Positions 37,559 through 40,090 of a DNA stretch of 40,090 nt are shown one piece after another. The first letter of the stretch is position 1. Every line of letters begins with the position of its first letter. The translations under genes and the position numbers were made by a program. The DNA comes from Haloferacaceae archaeon (GTDB taxonomy: Archaea; Halobacteriota; Halobacteria; Halobacteriales; Haloferacaceae): positions 1-40,090 of the forward strand of contig JAZKTH010000001.1 in assembly GCA_036625675.1 (NCBI GenBank). Reading direction: 5' to 3'. Under the pieces are notes generated by a model. That model did not search any database. It was given only the letters and a program-made list of their open reading frames with translations, and was not told the DNA's origin.

Positions 37559-38491
37559 ATGTGTGAAGAGTGTGGCTGTCACGGCGGGACAGACCGCTCC
37601 CACAGCCACGAACACGGACACGAACACGAACACGAACACGGACACGAACACGAACACGGACACGAACACACCGAAACCGGCGACGAACCGCCCGTCGATG
37701 AACCGCTCCGGATCGCGGTGACGGGCAAGGGCGGCGTCGGGAAGTCGACGCTGTCGGCCGCGCTGGCCACCCGGCTGGCCGGCGAGGGGGACGTCGTCGC
37801 CGTCGACGCCGATCCCGACATGAACCTGGCGGCGACGATCGGCTGCGAGCAGCCGCCGGCGATCACCCGCGAGCGGGAACTCATCGAGGAGCGCGCCGGG
37901 GCCGGCGGGGGGCTCGTCCGGCTGTCGCCGGGGGTAGAGGACGTCGTCGAGAGCCACGCGAGCGCGTTCGGCGAGCGGGGGCGGCTGGTGACGATCGGCG
38001 CGCCCGAGGCCGCGAACACCGGGTGTATGTGCCCCGAGAACAGTTTCGTCCGGTCGCTTGTCCGGTCGGCACTGGACGCCGACTACGCCGTGCTCGACAT
38101 GGAGGCCGGGATCGAACACCTCGGACGGGGGACCGCCGGGGACGTCGACGCGATGGTGGTCGTCGTGGGGCCCTCCCGATCGGCGATCGAGACCGCCGAG
38201 GGGATACAGGAACTGGCGGCCGAGATGGGCGTCGAGGACGTCTACGCCGTCGTGAATCGGGTGCGGGAGGGCGAGGCCGACGCCGTCCGGGAGGCGCTGT
38301 CGCTCCCGGTGCTCGAGACGATCCCGTACGACGAGGACGTCGCCGCCGCGGCGCTTGCGGGCACCCCGCCCGTCGAGGCGAGCGAGCGGCTCGGCGAGGC
38401 CGCGAAGCGGGTGTTGCGCGGAATCCGGGACCCGGCAGGCGTCGAGCCCGACGGCGCGGACGCCGTCACCCGGGCCGAAAGCGACGACTGA
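37559..38491 (+). CDS. cooC: CO dehydrogenase nickel-insertion ATPase with N-terminal CxxCGC and His-rich extension
   Basis: Deviant Walker A GKGGVGKS, VDADPDMNL, Ni-binding GCMCPEN and LDMEAGIEHLGRGT. Starts 6 bp after the cooS stop. Confidence 0.93.
   Translation: MCEECGCHGGTDRSHSHEHGHEHEHEHGHEHEHGHEHTETGDEPPVDEPLRIAVTGKGGVGKSTLSAALATRLAGEGDVVAVDADPDMNLAATIGCEQPPAITRERELIEERAGAGGGLVRLSPGVEDVVESHASAFGERGRLVTIGAPEAANTGCMCPENSFVRSLVRSALDADYAVLDMEAGIEHLGRGTAGDVDAMVVVVGPSRSAIETAEGIQELAAEMGVEDVYAVVNRVREGEADAVREALSLPVLETIPYDEDVAAAALAGTPPVEASERLGEAAKRVLRGIRDPAGVEPDGADAVTRAESDD
37601..37669 (+). repeat. Coding hexamer repeat CAC-GAA/GGA encoding (His-X)n
   Basis: HSHEHGHEHEHEHGHEHEHGHEH, 12 alternating His. 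Confidence 0.9.
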
Positions 38492-38500
38492 GGCGCGGCG

Positions 38501-40090
38501 TCACTGTTCGTCCCGCTTCCGGTTCCGGATCGCCTGCCGCGTGAACTGCGGGCGGGTCGGGATCGCCTTCGGCCGCCGGTAGGACCGGTACAGCAGCGTC
38601 GCCGGAACCAGCGTCAGGAGCGCGACCACCAGGGAGACTCGCCAGTCGGAGCCGAACGAGTAGAGGATCGACGCCGAGATGACGCCGACCGCGACGAATA
38701 GCGTGTACGTGATGCGCTTCGCGAGCTTCGAGAACACGTCGCGGTCGTCCTTGACGACGACGTTGACCGAGAGGTTGTCCTGCTCGAGCCGGTCGAGCGT
38801 CCGGTCGAGCTTCGGCGGGATCGTAACCATCGCCTCCGCGGTGGACCGCACCTGTCGAACCCCGCGTTCGGCCAGCTCGCGCGCGGTCTGTTCGTAGTAC
38901 CCCTCCCGCGAGAGGTAGTCGGTGGCGACCGCGATGAAGTCGAAGTCCTCGTCGAGGGTGACGCACACCCCCTCGAGCACGGTGACGACCCGCAGGATCA
39001 GCGCCAGGTTGCGGGGGAGCCGGAGCGGGAACTCGTAGATCGTCGACTCCACGCGCGAGAGTACCTGGTTGACCCGGTACTGCTCGATGTCCTCGCCGCG
39101 AGCGTCCGCGATCGCCAGCTCCATCACCTCCCCCATCACCTCTCGATCGACCGTCGGCGAGATGGTTCCCATCTCGATGAGGGTCTGGAGGATCGCGTCG
39201 GTGTCCTGCTGGGCGACTGCGACGTAGAAGTCGATGATCTTCTCCTGGATGAACGGGTCGACCCGCCCCGACATGCCGAAGTCGTAGAAGATGATCGTGC
39301 CGTCGTCGGCGACGGCGAGGTTTCCCGGGTGCGGGTCGGCGTGGAAGACGCCGTCCTCGACGATCATCTGCATGTACACCTCCTGGAGGTTCTTCGCCAG
39401 CTCCGTCCTGTCGAGGCCCTTGGCGTCGAGCCGGTCGAGGTTGTTGATCTTGGTGCCCGGAATGTACTCCATCGTGAGCACGCGGGCGGTGGAGGCGGAC
39501 TCGACCGGCTCCGGAATGACGAGGGTGTCGTTCCCCTCGAAGTTACCGCGGATCTCCCGGAGGATGCGCCGTTCCCGCTTGTAGTCCATCTCCTCGCGGA
39601 TCGTCTTCGCGAACTCGTCGGCGAGGTTCTCCAGCGAGAACGCCCGTGCCTCGCCGACGAAGCGCATCAGGAGCGGCAGTGACCACTTGATGACCCGGAG
39701 GTCTGCCTCGACGAGCGACTCGACGCCGGGGCGACGCACCTTCACCGCCACGTCGGTTCCGCGAACCCGCGCACGGTACACCTGCCCGAGGCTCGCGCCG
39801 CTGATGGGGTCGGTGTCGAACTCGTCGAACGTCTCACCGACCGGGCCGAGTTCCTCCTCGAGGACGACCCGTGCCTTCTCCCAGTCCGCCGGCGGCACGT
39901 CGTCCTGCAGTGACGAGAGCACGTCGATGTACGCCTTCGGGAGGACGTCGGGCCTCGTCGAGAGGAGCTGGCCCAGTTTGATGAACGTCGGGCCGAGTGT
40001 GAGCAGCGACGAGAGCAGGTGTTGGGCTCGCCGGATCTGTGTCTCACTGTCGACCTCGCGGCGACCGCCGAACAGCAGATACCGGCGGCG
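38501..40090 (-). CDS. ABC1/AarF/UbiB atypical kinase family protein (5' end outside window)
   Basis: Open from the window end: LGPTFIKLGQLLSTRPD, ASLGQVY, VAVKVRRP, EEMDY..E, FHADPHPGN, YDFGM and two C-terminal TM helices. Confidence 0.93.
   Translation of the reverse strand, partial: RRRYLLFGGRREVDSETQIRRAQHLLSSLLTLGPTFIKLGQLLSTRPDVLPKAYIDVLSSLQDDVPPADWEKARVVLEEELGPVGETFDEFDTDPISGASLGQVYRARVRGTDVAVKVRRPGVESLVEADLRVIKWSLPLLMRFVGEARAFSLENLADEFAKTIREEMDYKRERRILREIRGNFEGNDTLVIPEPVESASTARVLTMEYIPGTKINNLDRLDAKGLDRTELAKNLQEVYMQMIVEDGVFHADPHPGNLAVADDGTIIFYDFGMSGRVDPFIQEKIIDFYVAVAQQDTDAILQTLIEMGTISPTVDREVMGEVMELAIADARGEDIEQYRVNQVLSRVESTIYEFPLRLPRNLALILRVVTVLEGVCVTLDEDFDFIAVATDYLSREGYYEQTARELAERGVRQVRSTAEAMVTIPPKLDRTLDRLEQDNLSVNVVVKDDRDVFSKLAKRITYTLFVAVGVISASILYSFGSDWRVSLVVALLTLVPATLLYRSYRRPKAIPTRPQFTRQAIRNRKRDEQ

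Noticed and set aside
35678-38119. 813-aa antisense ORF over cooS-cooC, and similar long antisense or alternative-frame ORFs (154-1482, 6353-7879, 12780-14198, 26004-27641, 28838-31102)
   Set aside because: Expected from high GC and codon bias. They show no motifs and fully overlap well-supported genes.
1-40090. tRNA, rRNA, integrase, provirus or recognised defence genes
   Set aside because: None recognised by eye. A tRNAscan/Infernal/defence-system search was not run, so small RNAs could be missed.

Overview
GC-rich haloarchaeal (class Halobacteria) chromosomal segment, judged from the acidic proteome, short or leaderless TATA promoters, tiaS, nurA, a TFS-family gene and haloarchaea-type hypothetical proteins. 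About 36 genes. Most are housekeeping or metabolic: tiaS, amino-acid catabolism and peptidases, pyrC, nurA, a purine permease with an HTH-PRTase, idsA, etfBA, VLRF1, cyclophilin, an amidohydrolase and a partial ABC1 kinase. Two parts stand out. (1) A stand-alone anaerobic Ni,Fe-CO dehydrogenase cassette (cooS-cooC, 35672-38491). All cluster ligands of CooS are intact, there is no adjacent cooF/ACS/regulator, and CooC carries a HypB-like N-terminal CxxCGC motif plus a His-rich arm. (2) An accessory patch (~14989-18800) with a tnpB-only IS200/IS605 element, a TFS paralogue lacking the catalytic acidic hairpin, PIN and transposase debris, and a tandem pair of Cys-rich HTH_10 regulators. Intergenic DNA holds an 82-bp MITE-like palindrome family that abuts TGA stop codons, a ~120-bp IS605-like palindrome and several local tandem duplications. 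No rRNA, tRNA or CRISPR array was recognised. All assignments come from reading motifs by eye; no database searches were run.
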